Assembly (NCBI GenBank): GCA_007121485.1
Contig: SKKM01000023.1
Span: forward strand, 1 to 45,228
Length of the DNA stretch: 45,228 nucleotides
Reading direction: 5' to 3'
Source of the DNA: Wenzhouxiangella sp.
Lineage (GTDB): Bacteria > Pseudomonadota > Gammaproteobacteria > Xanthomonadales > Wenzhouxiangellaceae
Made by a program: the position numbers and the translations under genes. The notes below the pieces were generated by a model. The model saw only the letters and a list, made by a program, of their open reading frames with translations. It did no database searches and was not told the origin of the DNA. Shown here in pieces: positions 9,276 to 18,370 of this stretch (its first letter is position 1; every line of letters begins with the position of its first letter).

Positions 9276-10880
9276 TCAAGGCCAGGTGTAGCTGGCCTGT
9301 AGCCCCAAGGGCAGGCCGAGGCCCCAGTAGATCAGCAGGAAGGCGGTCCAGGTGATCGACAGCGCGATCGCGTACGGCAGCATCATCGAGATCAGCGTGC
9401 CGATGCCGGCGTCCTTGAAGTACTTCTTGCAGAACACGACCACCAGCGGGAAGTACGGCAATAGCGGCGTAAGAATGTTCGAGGTCGAATCACCGACGCG
9501 GTAGGCGGCCTGGGTCAACTCGGGAGAAATGCCCAGCTGCATCAGCATGGGCACGAAGATCGGCGCGATGATCAGCCACTTGGCCGAGGCCGAGCCGACG
9601 AACAGGTTGACGAACATGGTCAAGGCGATGATGCCGACGATGGTCAGCTGGGCCGGCAGGTTGAGCGCCTGCAGGAATTCAGCCCCGTTGACGGCCAGCA
9701 GAATCCCAAGGTTGGAGGCGGTGAAGGCAGCGATGAACTGGGCGGCGAAAAAGGCCATGACGATGTAGTAGCCCATGGACTCCATGGCCTTGGTCATGCC
9801 GGCAATGATGTCCTTGTGGGTTTCTATGGTCCCGGCCACGTAGCCGTAGATGATGCCGGGAATCAAAAAGAAGATGAAGATCAGCGGCACGATAGAGCGC
9901 ATCAGCGGCGCCCCGAATGAGGTGACGCTCTCGTGGAAGGCCAGCGCCGGGTTGGGATCTCGCAGCGGCGAGTCCGGCAGCAACACGATGACCGTGAGGG
10001 CGATCAGCGCGAGCAGGATGCCCAGACTGGCCCAGACCAGGCCGCGCGATTCGTTGGGCTTGAGTTCCTCCAGCTGCGGCATCTCGGACATGTCGCCATC
10101 AACCGGCGTGTCCTTGACCAGGCGCGGCTCGACCACCTTGTCGGTCAGCCACCAGCCAACACCGATCACCAGCAGGCTGGACGAGGCCATGAAAAACCAG
10201 TTGACCAGCGGGTTGACCTCGATCGTGGGATCAATCAGCTGGGCCGCGGTCTGGGTGATGCCGGCCAGCATCGGGTCGATGGCCGACGGAATGAAATTGG
10301 CCGAGAAGCCGCCCGAAACCCCGGCAAACGCAGCCGCGATGCCGGCCAGCGGGTGGCGCCCGACGGCATAGAACATCACCGCCGCCAGCGGGATCACGAC
10401 CACGTATCCCGCATCGGCTGCCGTGTGGCTGAGGATGGCGACCAGGATCACCATGGGCGTGAGCAGCCGCATCGAGGTCCAGCTCAGCAAGCGCCTCAAG
10501 CCCGCGTTGATGAACCCGGTGTGCTCGGCCACGCCCACCCCGAGCAGCGCGACCAGCACGATGCCGAGGGGCGCGAAGTTGACGAAGACCGAGACCATGT
10601 TGACCAGGAAATTGGCCATCTGGTCGCCGGAAAGCTGGTTGACGACCTGGATGGTCTCCCCCGTGGTCGGGTGCTGGGCGTCGAACTGGATCGGGGCCAG
10701 TACTGCCGACAGGACCCAGACGATGATCATCAGCAGGAAAAACAGCACCGCCGGGTCGGGCAGCTTGTTGCCAACGATCTCGATCGTGCCCAGAGTGCGC
10801 TCCAGCCAGGTGCGTTTGCCCGGGAGCACCTTGTGCAGATCCGGATTGGGAGTCGAGGGGGGCTGGTCCTTTCCGCTCAT
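9276..10880 (-). CDS. abgT: AbgT family transporter (AbgT/YdaH/MtrF)
   Basis: GNKLPDP, FAPLGIVLV, GRHPLAG, GVSGGFSAN, GSASAKW, YRVGDSTSN; many TM segments. Confidence 0.92.
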   Translation of the reverse strand: MSGKDQPPSTPNPDLHKVLPGKRTWLERTLGTIEIVGNKLPDPAVLFFLLMIIVWVLSAVLAPIQFDAQHPTTGETIQVVNQLSGDQMANFLVNMVSVFVNFAPLGIVLVALLGVGVAEHTGFINAGLRRLLSWTSMRLLTPMVILVAILSHTAADAGYVVVIPLAAVMFYAVGRHPLAGIAAAFAGVSGGFSANFIPSAIDPMLAGITQTAAQLIDPTIEVNPLVNWFFMASSSLLVIGVGWWLTDKVVEPRLVKDTPVDGDMSEMPQLEELKPNESRGLVWASLGILLALIALTVIVLLPDSPLRDPNPALAFHESVTSFGAPLMRSIVPLIFIFFLIPGIIYGYVAGTIETHKDIIAGMTKAMESMGYYIVMAFFAAQFIAAFTASNLGILLAVNGAEFLQALNLPAQLTIVGIIALTMFVNLFVGSASAKWLIIAPIFVPMLMQLGISPELTQAAYRVGDSTSNILTPLLPYFPLVVVFCKKYFKDAGIGTLISMMLPYAIALSITWTAFLLIYWGLGLPLGLQASYTWP

Positions 10881-10914
10881 GTTGGGTCCCTGATTGATTT
10901 GTTGTTTTTGAGAA

Positions 10915-11514
10915 TTATTCGTGGCCCCAGGGTGCGGGGGGCGCCTCCACCGTTTCGCTCAGGTCGAACTCGGCGCGCAGATGACGGCCCGGCCGGGTCA
11001 GTCCGTAGGCGAAGTGGCTGCCGGGCACGACTTCCATGTACCAGAGGTTGGTGATAGAGCCTTCCAGTTCGTTCGTCAGGAACAGGGCCTTGGAATAGTC
11101 GTCGACCGGGAAAACCTGGCGCCAGCCGCGCCCCGGGTCCGTGGTGTGGCCGCCGTACCAGGTCACCGCTTCCTCGCTGCCGTCCTCGTGGCGGTGGTCG
11201 TGCTTCAGGCGCAGGAAATCATCATGCCGGGTCAGAACCCAGGTCCGCGAGCGGTTCTCGCCGACAAACAGCGGCACCTCGATTTGCTGGTCCTCACAGC
11301 GCCGCACGTGGATGACCATACGCTGCGGCAGCCAGCCGGCGTCCAGGCTTTCATCGTAGGAAACAAGCCGGCCCTCGAAGGCCTTGCCGCACAGCCTCTC
11401 AAGCGCCTGCCAGAATTCGTCTTGCGGCTGCCCGGCCCGAACCTGGCCGCTGGCGACCGCGGCGGTCACCAGCAGGCCCATGACAATGACGATGCGCGGC
11501 GTCAGACTGGCCAT
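10915..11514 (-). CDS. Exported conserved hypothetical protein, 199 aa
   Basis: Signal-peptide-like N-terminus from ATG 11514 (GAGGG upstream); LCGKAFEG, SRTWVL, LRLKHDHRHEDG, PPAPWG; 34 nt from abgT. Confidence 0.75.
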   Translation of the reverse strand: MASLTPRIVIVMGLLVTAAVASGQVRAGQPQDEFWQALERLCGKAFEGRLVSYDESLDAGWLPQRMVIHVRRCEDQQIEVPLFVGENRSRTWVLTRHDDFLRLKHDHRHEDGSEEAVTWYGGHTTDPGRGWRQVFPVDDYSKALFLTNELEGSITNLWYMEVVPGSHFAYGLTRPGRHLRAEFDLSETVEAPPAPWGHE

Positions 11515-11545
11515 CGCGGAAATCCCTCTGAGACTAAAGCGCAGA

Positions 11546-11554
11546 ACCTTAGCA
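11546..11554 (-). promoter_or_regulatory. Possible extended -10 promoter for hypothetical-abgT-sulfotransferase
   Basis: TG-C-TAAGGT on the minus strand about 30 nt upstream of ATG 11514; -35 poor. Confidence 0.35.
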
Positions 11555-11597
11555 TAGCGGCCCGATCTCGACCAGCCTGTCGCCCGGGGGCGGAGCT

Positions 11598-11912
11598 TCA
11601 ACGCGGGCGGCGCGGGCCGTCGAGCGGCAGGATCGTGACTTTCTCCCCGGATTTGCCGTCGCGGATCGCGCAGGCTCCCCTTTTCTTCACCTGCTCGATG
11701 CGGATCACGGCGTGCATGGGAATGTGCAGGGTCTCGACGTCGGCGAACTCCTCGCGCAGCCGTTCCTCGGTCGGGTCGATGACCAGCGATTCGTCGGTCT
11801 CGAAGACCAGCTCGCTGACTTCGACGAAGCCATAGCCAACGTCGCTGCCGCCGACCTTGCGGCAGAACAGTTCATAGACCTTGTTCTGGTTGTGGAAGAC
11901 GACCTTGAACAC
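11598..11912 (-). CDS. DUF1820 family protein
   Basis: KVVFHNQNKVYEL, GFVEV, IDPTEERLREEF, IPMHAVIRI; GTG start overlaps the rhomboid stop (TAGTG). Confidence 0.82.
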   Translation of the reverse strand: MFKVVFHNQNKVYELFCRKVGGSDVGYGFVEVSELVFETDESLVIDPTEERLREEFADVETLHIPMHAVIRIEQVKKRGACAIRDGKSGEKVTILPLDGPRRPR

Positions 11913-12622
11913 TAATCATCCCTGTAGCGAAGGTTGATGGAAGCCGGAAAAAGCCGCAGCATCAGGGCCGCAGCCAGGCCGAGGCCGAAACCGGCCAGGT
12001 GGGCCGACCAGGCCACGGCATGCTGTTCCGGGCCGAACACGCTGTAGAGCAACTGCAGGGTGAACCAGGATCCGATCACCAGGACGGCCGGGACGCGGGC
12101 AAACTGCATGTACAGCCCCAGGGGCAGCCACAGACCGATGCGCCGGCGTGGAAACAGGCCCAGGTAGACCCCGATGATGGCCGAAACGCCGCCGCTGGCG
12201 CCGATCACCGCCAACGTGCCGACGCCCTGCATCTGCCAGGCGGTGAAGGCGTTGGCCGCGGCACCAAGGCCCAGAAACAGCGTGAGAAAGCGCCAGTGGC
12301 CCACCGCCTTTTCCACGCTGATGCCGAACACCCACAGATAGGCCAGATTGCCGATCAGGTGCACCCAGTCGGCGTGCAGAAACAAGGCACTGAGCAGGCC
12401 CAGCAGCGCCAGCGAATGCTGCGGGTCGAGTGGATCGACGACCGCCGCCATGATCTCTTCAGGCCGAAAACCCCAGAAATGCAGCCAGCCGTCGACATCG
12501 ACCGCCGAACTGAGCACGAAACCGGCGCTGACCATCATGATGACCAGGCTGGTCGCCAGCAGCATCCATGGCCAGACCGGCTCGGCGCGGCTACTGGCGT
12601 AGACGGGATAGCTGGGTCTCAC
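11912..12622 (-). CDS. Rhomboid family intramembrane serine protease
   Basis: FLHADWVHLIGN, GASGG (catalytic Ser), AHLAG (catalytic His), about 6 TMs; GTGA overlap with gspB. Confidence 0.92.
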   Translation of the reverse strand: MRPSYPVYASSRAEPVWPWMLLATSLVIMMVSAGFVLSSAVDVDGWLHFWGFRPEEIMAAVVDPLDPQHSLALLGLLSALFLHADWVHLIGNLAYLWVFGISVEKAVGHWRFLTLFLGLGAAANAFTAWQMQGVGTLAVIGASGGVSAIIGVYLGLFPRRRIGLWLPLGLYMQFARVPAVLVIGSWFTLQLLYSVFGPEQHAVAWSAHLAGFGLGLAAALMLRLFPASINLRYRDD

Positions 12623-13437
12623 GGCTCGAGCAGGAAGCGGTAATCCCGAAATGCCACCAGCGCCCCTTCACGGCGGATCTCGACCAGGCGCGCGCCCTGC
12701 CCCAGATCATCGCCTTCGATGCGGCGTTCCCCGTTGATCAGGACGAAGCGATCCTGCGGCTGCCCGCTGAACACGTGAATGCTCAGGCGCAGTTCCGGCA
12801 GGTCGCGCCGGATCGCCAGCGGCAGCTCCCATTTGCGCAGGAATTCCGCGCGTTCCGGGGTCCAGGGCTCGGCCGGTGCCGCCGGCGCGGGCGCTGGTTC
12901 GATGATCGTCGTGGCCTCCGCCGGGGATGGCGCCGGCGCCGTGGCTTGCGCCGCCTCGATCAGGCGCTGCGCCTCTTCAGCGTCTTCCACCAGCCGCTCT
13001 CGCTCGCGCGGCGGTGTTGACCGCTCACCCGGACGACGCGCTGCGGGTCGCGATACCACCGTCACCGGCCGCTCCACCGGGGCTCGGGCCTCCTCCCCTT
13101 CCTCGCTCTCGTCCTCGTCTTCGGCTACGGCGACCGCGCTCTCGATTTCGAGTGTGCCCACGGGTGGGGTCGGCGCCACCGGCGGGTCCGGAACCATCGC
13201 TGGATCGGGCGCCGCTGCCTGTTCGGGGCCGGCAAACCACTGCTGCAACGGCGTGACCAGGCGTCCGCCAACGGCCACGGCGACCACCACCAGGGCGATC
13301 AGGACCAGGGGCAACCACAAGCGACGCCGGCCACGGCGCGGCCGTGCCGGGGCCGGCCCGGGCGTATTGAGATCAGGCGGCTGACCCAGCCGCCGCTGGG
13401 CGTCCGACTTGCGAAGCGCATCGAGTATGTAAGACAC
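12619..13437 (-). CDS. gspB: General secretion pathway protein GspB/ExeB
   Basis: N-terminal MSYILDALRKSD signature, single TM, Pro/Glu-rich linker, C-terminal LSIHVFS...RFVLING domain; follows exeA. Confidence 0.85.
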   Translation of the reverse strand: MSYILDALRKSDAQRRLGQPPDLNTPGPAPARPRRGRRRLWLPLVLIALVVVAVAVGGRLVTPLQQWFAGPEQAAAPDPAMVPDPPVAPTPPVGTLEIESAVAVAEDEDESEEGEEARAPVERPVTVVSRPAARRPGERSTPPRERERLVEDAEEAQRLIEAAQATAPAPSPAEATTIIEPAPAPAAPAEPWTPERAEFLRKWELPLAIRRDLPELRLSIHVFSGQPQDRFVLINGERRIEGDDLGQGARLVEIRREGALVAFRDYRFLLEP

Positions 13438-13443
13438 CGGAAC

Positions 13444-15006
13444 TCAGTCTCCCTGCTGGGCCAGGACCAGAGACGGTCCGTCGGCATGCGGCGCCTTGAG
13501 GAACAGGCGCGTCGCCGGGCCAATCATGCCATCGTCGCGCAAGCCGTTGCGGCGCTGGAAGGACTCGACCCAGCGGCGGAACTCCGGATCGAAGTCGCCG
13601 TCGATCGGGCCGGTCCAGGGCTCCGAATCGCTCATCGAGGCCAGGCGCTGAAGCTGGGCAACGGAATCAGAACTCCCGCCCTGGCGGAGGATTTCACCAT
13701 CGTCCGGCCAGATGACGTAGAAGTCGCCCAGCCAGCGCCGTTCGATCTGGCGCATCGGCGCCCTGAAATCCTGGCCGGCATGCCGCAACAGGAGTTGTTC
13801 TCCCTCGATGCCGACCAGCAGCACATGTGGCGGAACGCCGCTGGCATCCGAGCTCAGGCGCAGGATGACCGGCAGGTTGATCTGGGCGATGTAGGACCAG
13901 TTGCCGCGCAGGGCCAGGCAGGCAACGCCGCCGACCACCGTGCCCGGCGCCGCGCAGGCCTGGGCGATGTCCTCGCGGCTCAGACCCGGCCACGACACCG
14001 CCGCCTCGGCCCAGGCGCTGACCGTGGTGGCATCCTCCAGCACGGCCTGCCAGGCGGGACGCGACGTCACGGCCTCCTGCTCGGCGGCCCCCAGCACCAG
14101 CCAGCCGATCCAGCCGCTGCCGCCCAGTACCGCTACCAGCGCCAGGGTGGCGACAGCTCCGCGCAGCCAGCCACCGGAAGCGTCTTCCTCATCCTCACCG
14201 GCCACCTCGCGGGCTGCCGCCCGGACCAGCCGGGCGTCGATTCGCTCGCGCTCCTCGGCATAGGCGGCCATCAGCGCGCGGTCGGCGATGATGTTGATCA
14301 GGCGGGGCACGCCATCGGCGGTTTCATACAGCGCCTTGAGGCCGTCGTCCGTGAACGGGCAGCGGGCAGCGCCGGCGACGGCCAGTCGATGGCGCACGTA
14401 TTGCGCGGTCTCCTCCCGGTTGAGCGGGTCCAGGTGATAGCGCGCGGTAATGCGCTGGGCCAGCTGGCGCAGTTCGGGCCGCGCCAGCAAGCTGCGCAGC
14501 TCCGGCTGACCCAGCAGCAGGATCTGCAGGAGTTTGTCGGTGGCGGTTTCCAGGTTGGTCAGCAGCCGCACCTGCTCGAGGCTCTCGCGGCTCATGTTCT
14601 GAGCCTCGTCGATGATCAGCACCACGCGTTCGCCGGCCGCGTGCGCCTGCAGCAGGTAAGCGTTGAGCGCCTCCTGCAGGACCTGAAGGCTGTCGGCACC
14701 CTCGGCCACGTTCACTCCCAGTTCCTTGCAAATGGCCCGCAGCAGTTCAGGCGGAGAATAGGTCGGGTTGAGGATCAGGGCGATCCGCGTATCGGCCGGC
14801 ACCTGCTCCAGGACCAGGCGGCACAGGGTGGTCTTGCCCGTGCCGACCTCGCCGGTCAGCTGCACGAAACCTCCGCTACCCCCGGTGCCGACGCCGTAAA
14901 GCAGGTGAGCCAGCGCGTCCTGGTGCCGCTGGCTGAGATAGACGAAGCGCGGATTCGGCGTGATCGCGAACGGGCGCTCCTTGAGGCCAAAGAAATACTC
15001 GTACAT
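13444..15006 (-). CDS. gspA: ExeA/GspA family AAA ATPase with C-terminal peptidoglycan-binding domain
   Basis: MYEYFFGLKERPFAITPNP, Walker A GEVGTGKT, Walker B IIDEAQ, LLGQPEL, QRIT, TM, FQRRNGLRDDGMIGPAT. Confidence 0.9.
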   Translation of the reverse strand: MYEYFFGLKERPFAITPNPRFVYLSQRHQDALAHLLYGVGTGGSGGFVQLTGEVGTGKTTLCRLVLEQVPADTRIALILNPTYSPPELLRAICKELGVNVAEGADSLQVLQEALNAYLLQAHAAGERVVLIIDEAQNMSRESLEQVRLLTNLETATDKLLQILLLGQPELRSLLARPELRQLAQRITARYHLDPLNREETAQYVRHRLAVAGAARCPFTDDGLKALYETADGVPRLINIIADRALMAAYAEERERIDARLVRAAAREVAGEDEEDASGGWLRGAVATLALVAVLGGSGWIGWLVLGAAEQEAVTSRPAWQAVLEDATTVSAWAEAAVSWPGLSREDIAQACAAPGTVVGGVACLALRGNWSYIAQINLPVILRLSSDASGVPPHVLLVGIEGEQLLLRHAGQDFRAPMRQIERRWLGDFYVIWPDDGEILRQGGSSDSVAQLQRLASMSDSEPWTGPIDGDFDPEFRRWVESFQRRNGLRDDGMIGPATRLFLKAPHADGPSLVLAQQGD

Positions 15007-15008
15007 GA

Positions 15009-18000
15009 CTAGTCGGACAACGCCAGCAGGGAAGCGTTGCCGCCGACCGCGGCGGTATTCACGGTCAGCGTGCGCTCGGTCACGAAACGCAGCAGGTAGT
15101 TCGGCCCTCCCGCCTTGGGCCCGGTACCGGACAGCCCCTCGCCGCCAAAGGGCTGCACGCCGACCACGGCGCCGGTCATGTTGCGGTTGATGTAGGCGTT
15201 GCCGACCCGAACGCGCCGGGCGATGCTTTGCTGGACCCGGTCGATCCGGCTGTGTACGCCCAAGGTCAGGCCGAAGCCGGTGCCGTTGATGGCCTCGATC
15301 AGCGCGTCGATTTCCCGCGCCCGGTAGCGGACCACATGCAGGATCGGGCCGAAGATCTCGCCTTGGAGTTGACCGATGCCCTCGATTTCGTACGCGCGCG
15401 GGGCAAACCAGTAGCCCCGTGACAGGTCCTCGGGTAACTCGACGGCGGCGACCAGCCTTGCCTCCTCGTTCATGCGGCTGGCGTGCGCTTCCAGCATGTC
15501 CAGCTGGCCCTGGTCGATCACCGGCCCGATATCCGTTTCCAGCAGGCCGGGATCGCCGATCCGGATCTCGCGCATGGCCCCGGCCAGCATCTCTAGAACG
15601 CGGTCGGCGATTTCGCGCTGCAGGCAGAGTATGCGCAGGGCCGAACAGCGTTGGCCTGCGCTGTGGAAGGCCGAACTGATGACGTCGCGCACGACCTGCT
15701 CCGGCAACGCGGAAGAATCGACAATCATGGCGTTCTGGCCCCCGGTCTCGGCGATCAGCGTGGCCAGCGGGCCGTCGCGCTCGGCCAGCGTGCGGTTGAT
15801 CGCGCGCGCGGTCCCGGTCGATCCTGTGAAGGCCACGCCGGCCACGCGCGCATCACGCGTCAGCGCAGCGCCCAGGCGGCCGTCACCGGGCAGAGCAATC
15901 AGCACATCGGCCGGCACGCCACATTCGTGCATCAGCTGGACGGCCCGCCGCGCGATCAGTGGCGTCTGCTCGGCCGGCTTGGCGATCACGCTGTTGCCGG
16001 TCACCAGGGCGGCCAGCACCTGGCCGCTGAAAATGGCCAGCGGGAAGTTCCACGGGCTGATGCAGACGAACACGCCCTTGCCGTGGTAGCGTAGCTGGTT
16101 GGACTCTCCGGTGGGCCCGGGCAGCGTGACCGGTGCATCCAGCCGCTGGCGCGCCTGCAGGGCGTAATAGCGACAGAAATCGATGGCCTCGCGCACTTCC
16201 GCCAGTGCGTCCTTGAGCGTCTTGCCGGCTTCGCGCACGCACAGCGCCATCAGCTCGGCGCGATGCTGCTCATAGGCATCGCCGATTCGATCCAGGATGT
16301 CGGCCCGCGCCGCCGCGCCCAGTGCGTCCCAGGCCGGCTGCGCGGCCGCGGCCCGGCTGACCGAGTCTTCGGCGGCGTCCTCGCCGCAGACACGAACGGT
16401 TCCGACCGGCTCGTCCAGCGCAGCCGGATTGACGCGCATCTCGATGTCCGAGGACTCGGCCGATCCTTCCTCGACCCAGCGCTGGGCGCCGCGCGCTTCC
16501 ATGTCCCGCTTCAGTTCATCCCGCGCGGCCAGGTGGGCGAAATTCAGTCCGCATGAATTGCGGCGCTCCGGCCCGTACAAATCCTCCGGCAGCGGAATTC
16601 TGGGGTGGGTCAGCGAGTCCAGGGTGGCCACCACTTCGATCGGGTCGCTGACCACCTCTTCCGGCGGCAGTTTCTCGTCGACAATGCGGTTTACGAACGA
16701 GGTGTTCGCGCCATTCTCCAGCAAGCGGCGGACCAGGTAAGGCAACAGGTCCTTGTGGTCGCCGACGGGAGCGTAAACGCGGCACGCAACCCGCTTGCCA
16801 TCCTGCCCGAGCACCTCCTCGTAGAGATCGCGCCCCATGCCGTGCAGGCGCTGGTATTCGAAATCTGCCCCTTCCCCAGCCATTTCGGCGATGGCGACGA
16901 TGGTGTGCGCGTTGTGGGTGGCGAACTGCGGGTAGAAGCAGTCGTGCAGGTCCAGCAGCTTGCGCGCACAGGCCAGGTAGGACAAATCAGTGTTGCACTT
17001 GCGCGTGAACACCGGGTAGCCCGCGTGCCCCTCGATCTGCGCATGCTTGATTTCGGTGTCCCAGTAGGCGCCCTTGACCAGGCGCACCGGGATGCGGTGC
17101 CCGGTGGCCCGGGCCTTGTCGGCCAGCCAGTCGATCGCGGCCCAGGCCCGCTTCTGGTAGGCCTGCAGGGCCAGCCCGAAGCCGTTCCAACCGGCCAGTT
17201 CACTGTCGGCCAGGACCGCCGCGAACACGCGCAGAGACAGGTGCAGGCGTTCGGCTTCTTCAGCGTCCACGGTCAGGGCAACGCCCTCGTGCCGCGCCAG
17301 CCGTGCCAGCCCGCGCAGGATGGGCATGAGTTCGGCCATGACGCGCTCGTCCTTGGCGTACTCGTAGCGCGGATGCAGGGCAGAGAGCTTGACCGAGATG
17401 CTGGCGGCGGCAAACGGCGATCCTTCGTCGCTGTTGGTGCCGACCGAGCGGATGGCGTCATCGTAGGCTTGCCGGTAGCGCTCCGCGTCACGCGCCGTCA
17501 AGGCCGCTTCGCCCAGCATGTCGAAGGAGTAGCGGTAACGGCGGTTGTCCGGTAGCATGGCGCGGCCGAGGGCTGCATCGATGGAGTCGCCCATCACGTA
17601 CTGGTGTCCCATGATGCGCATGGCCTGGCGGATGGCCAGCCGGATCACCGGCTCGCCGGACCTGTTGGCCAGCCGGCGCAGCGCATCGCCGATATTGCGC
17701 GTCGTCGCCGTCTTCATGCGCACCAGCTTCCCGGTCAGCATCAGGCCCCAGGTCGAGGCGTTGACGAACAGCGACTCGCTTTTGCCCAGGTGCGCCTCCC
17801 AGTTGGCGTCGGCCAGCTTGTCCGAGATCAGTTGCTCCGCGGTCTCGTTGTCGGGAATCCTTAAAAGCGCCTCGGCCAGGCACATCAGCACCACGCCCTC
17901 CTCGGACGACAGGTCGTATTCGCGCATGAAGGCTTCCATGGCCCCGGCGTCGCGGGCCCGGTGGCGCACACGGACAACCAGGTCTACCGCTTCCCGCCGG

Positions 18001-18161
18001 ATTCGCTCGCGGGCCTGATCATCCAGTCGAACCCGATCGAGCAGAAAACGGACGTGGGCCGCCTCCTCCGTTTCCCAGGCCTGGTCCAGCAGCTGGTCGG
18101 CCCGGTCGGGCTGGAAGGTCTCGGAGCATACGAAATGTCTGGGTCTGCGGGCCGCTGTCAT
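15009..18161 (-). CDS. putA: Bifunctional proline dehydrogenase / glutamate-semialdehyde dehydrogenase PutA, ~1050 aa, no N-terminal RHH repressor domain
   Basis: LMCLAEALLRIPD, SFDMLGEAA, RLVKGAYWD, RRLLENGAN, ISPWNFP, ETGG, SAGQRCSA; start ATG 18161 preferred over 18356. Confidence 0.96.
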   Translation of the reverse strand: MTAARRPRHFVCSETFQPDRADQLLDQAWETEEAAHVRFLLDRVRLDDQARERIRREAVDLVVRVRHRARDAGAMEAFMREYDLSSEEGVVLMCLAEALLRIPDNETAEQLISDKLADANWEAHLGKSESLFVNASTWGLMLTGKLVRMKTATTRNIGDALRRLANRSGEPVIRLAIRQAMRIMGHQYVMGDSIDAALGRAMLPDNRRYRYSFDMLGEAALTARDAERYRQAYDDAIRSVGTNSDEGSPFAAASISVKLSALHPRYEYAKDERVMAELMPILRGLARLARHEGVALTVDAEEAERLHLSLRVFAAVLADSELAGWNGFGLALQAYQKRAWAAIDWLADKARATGHRIPVRLVKGAYWDTEIKHAQIEGHAGYPVFTRKCNTDLSYLACARKLLDLHDCFYPQFATHNAHTIVAIAEMAGEGADFEYQRLHGMGRDLYEEVLGQDGKRVACRVYAPVGDHKDLLPYLVRRLLENGANTSFVNRIVDEKLPPEEVVSDPIEVVATLDSLTHPRIPLPEDLYGPERRNSCGLNFAHLAARDELKRDMEARGAQRWVEEGSAESSDIEMRVNPAALDEPVGTVRVCGEDAAEDSVSRAAAAQPAWDALGAAARADILDRIGDAYEQHRAELMALCVREAGKTLKDALAEVREAIDFCRYYALQARQRLDAPVTLPGPTGESNQLRYHGKGVFVCISPWNFPLAIFSGQVLAALVTGNSVIAKPAEQTPLIARRAVQLMHECGVPADVLIALPGDGRLGAALTRDARVAGVAFTGSTGTARAINRTLAERDGPLATLIAETGGQNAMIVDSSALPEQVVRDVISSAFHSAGQRCSALRILCLQREIADRVLEMLAGAMREIRIGDPGLLETDIGPVIDQGQLDMLEAHASRMNEEARLVAAVELPEDLSRGYWFAPRAYEIEGIGQLQGEIFGPILHVVRYRAREIDALIEAINGTGFGLTLGVHSRIDRVQQSIARRVRVGNAYINRNMTGAVVGVQPFGGEGLSGTGPKAGGPNYLLRFVTERTLTVNTAAVGGNASLLALSD

Positions 18162-18370
18162 GGTGGCAGAATCCGGTGGAAACGGGCCAGCTTGCAGTGT
18201 ACCGCAGCTGTCGGCGGCGGCGACGCGGGCGTCGGGCAAGGCATAGAGACAATTGCACTTTTTTTGATCTGCGTCATTGACGCGAGTGAACAAAATGATG
18301 TTTCGCGCCGTGCCGGCGTGGGCTACAATGCCAACCTCCCGGCAGGCACTAGCCAATTTTTAACGAACGC

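Noticed and set aside
11542-11555. CAGAACCTTAGCAT resembles CAGAACCTGAGAAT (26310-26323); both lie 28 nt from a minus-strand ATG
   Set aside because: A 12/14 match found after the fact among many upstream regions is plausible by chance, and this copy lacks the palindrome.
11912-12622. Rhombosortase assignment for the rhomboid next to T2SS accessory genes
   Set aside because: Motifs (HLIGN, GASGG) look like a general rhomboid, and I found no GlyGly-CTERM protein in the window; an HMM search would settle it.
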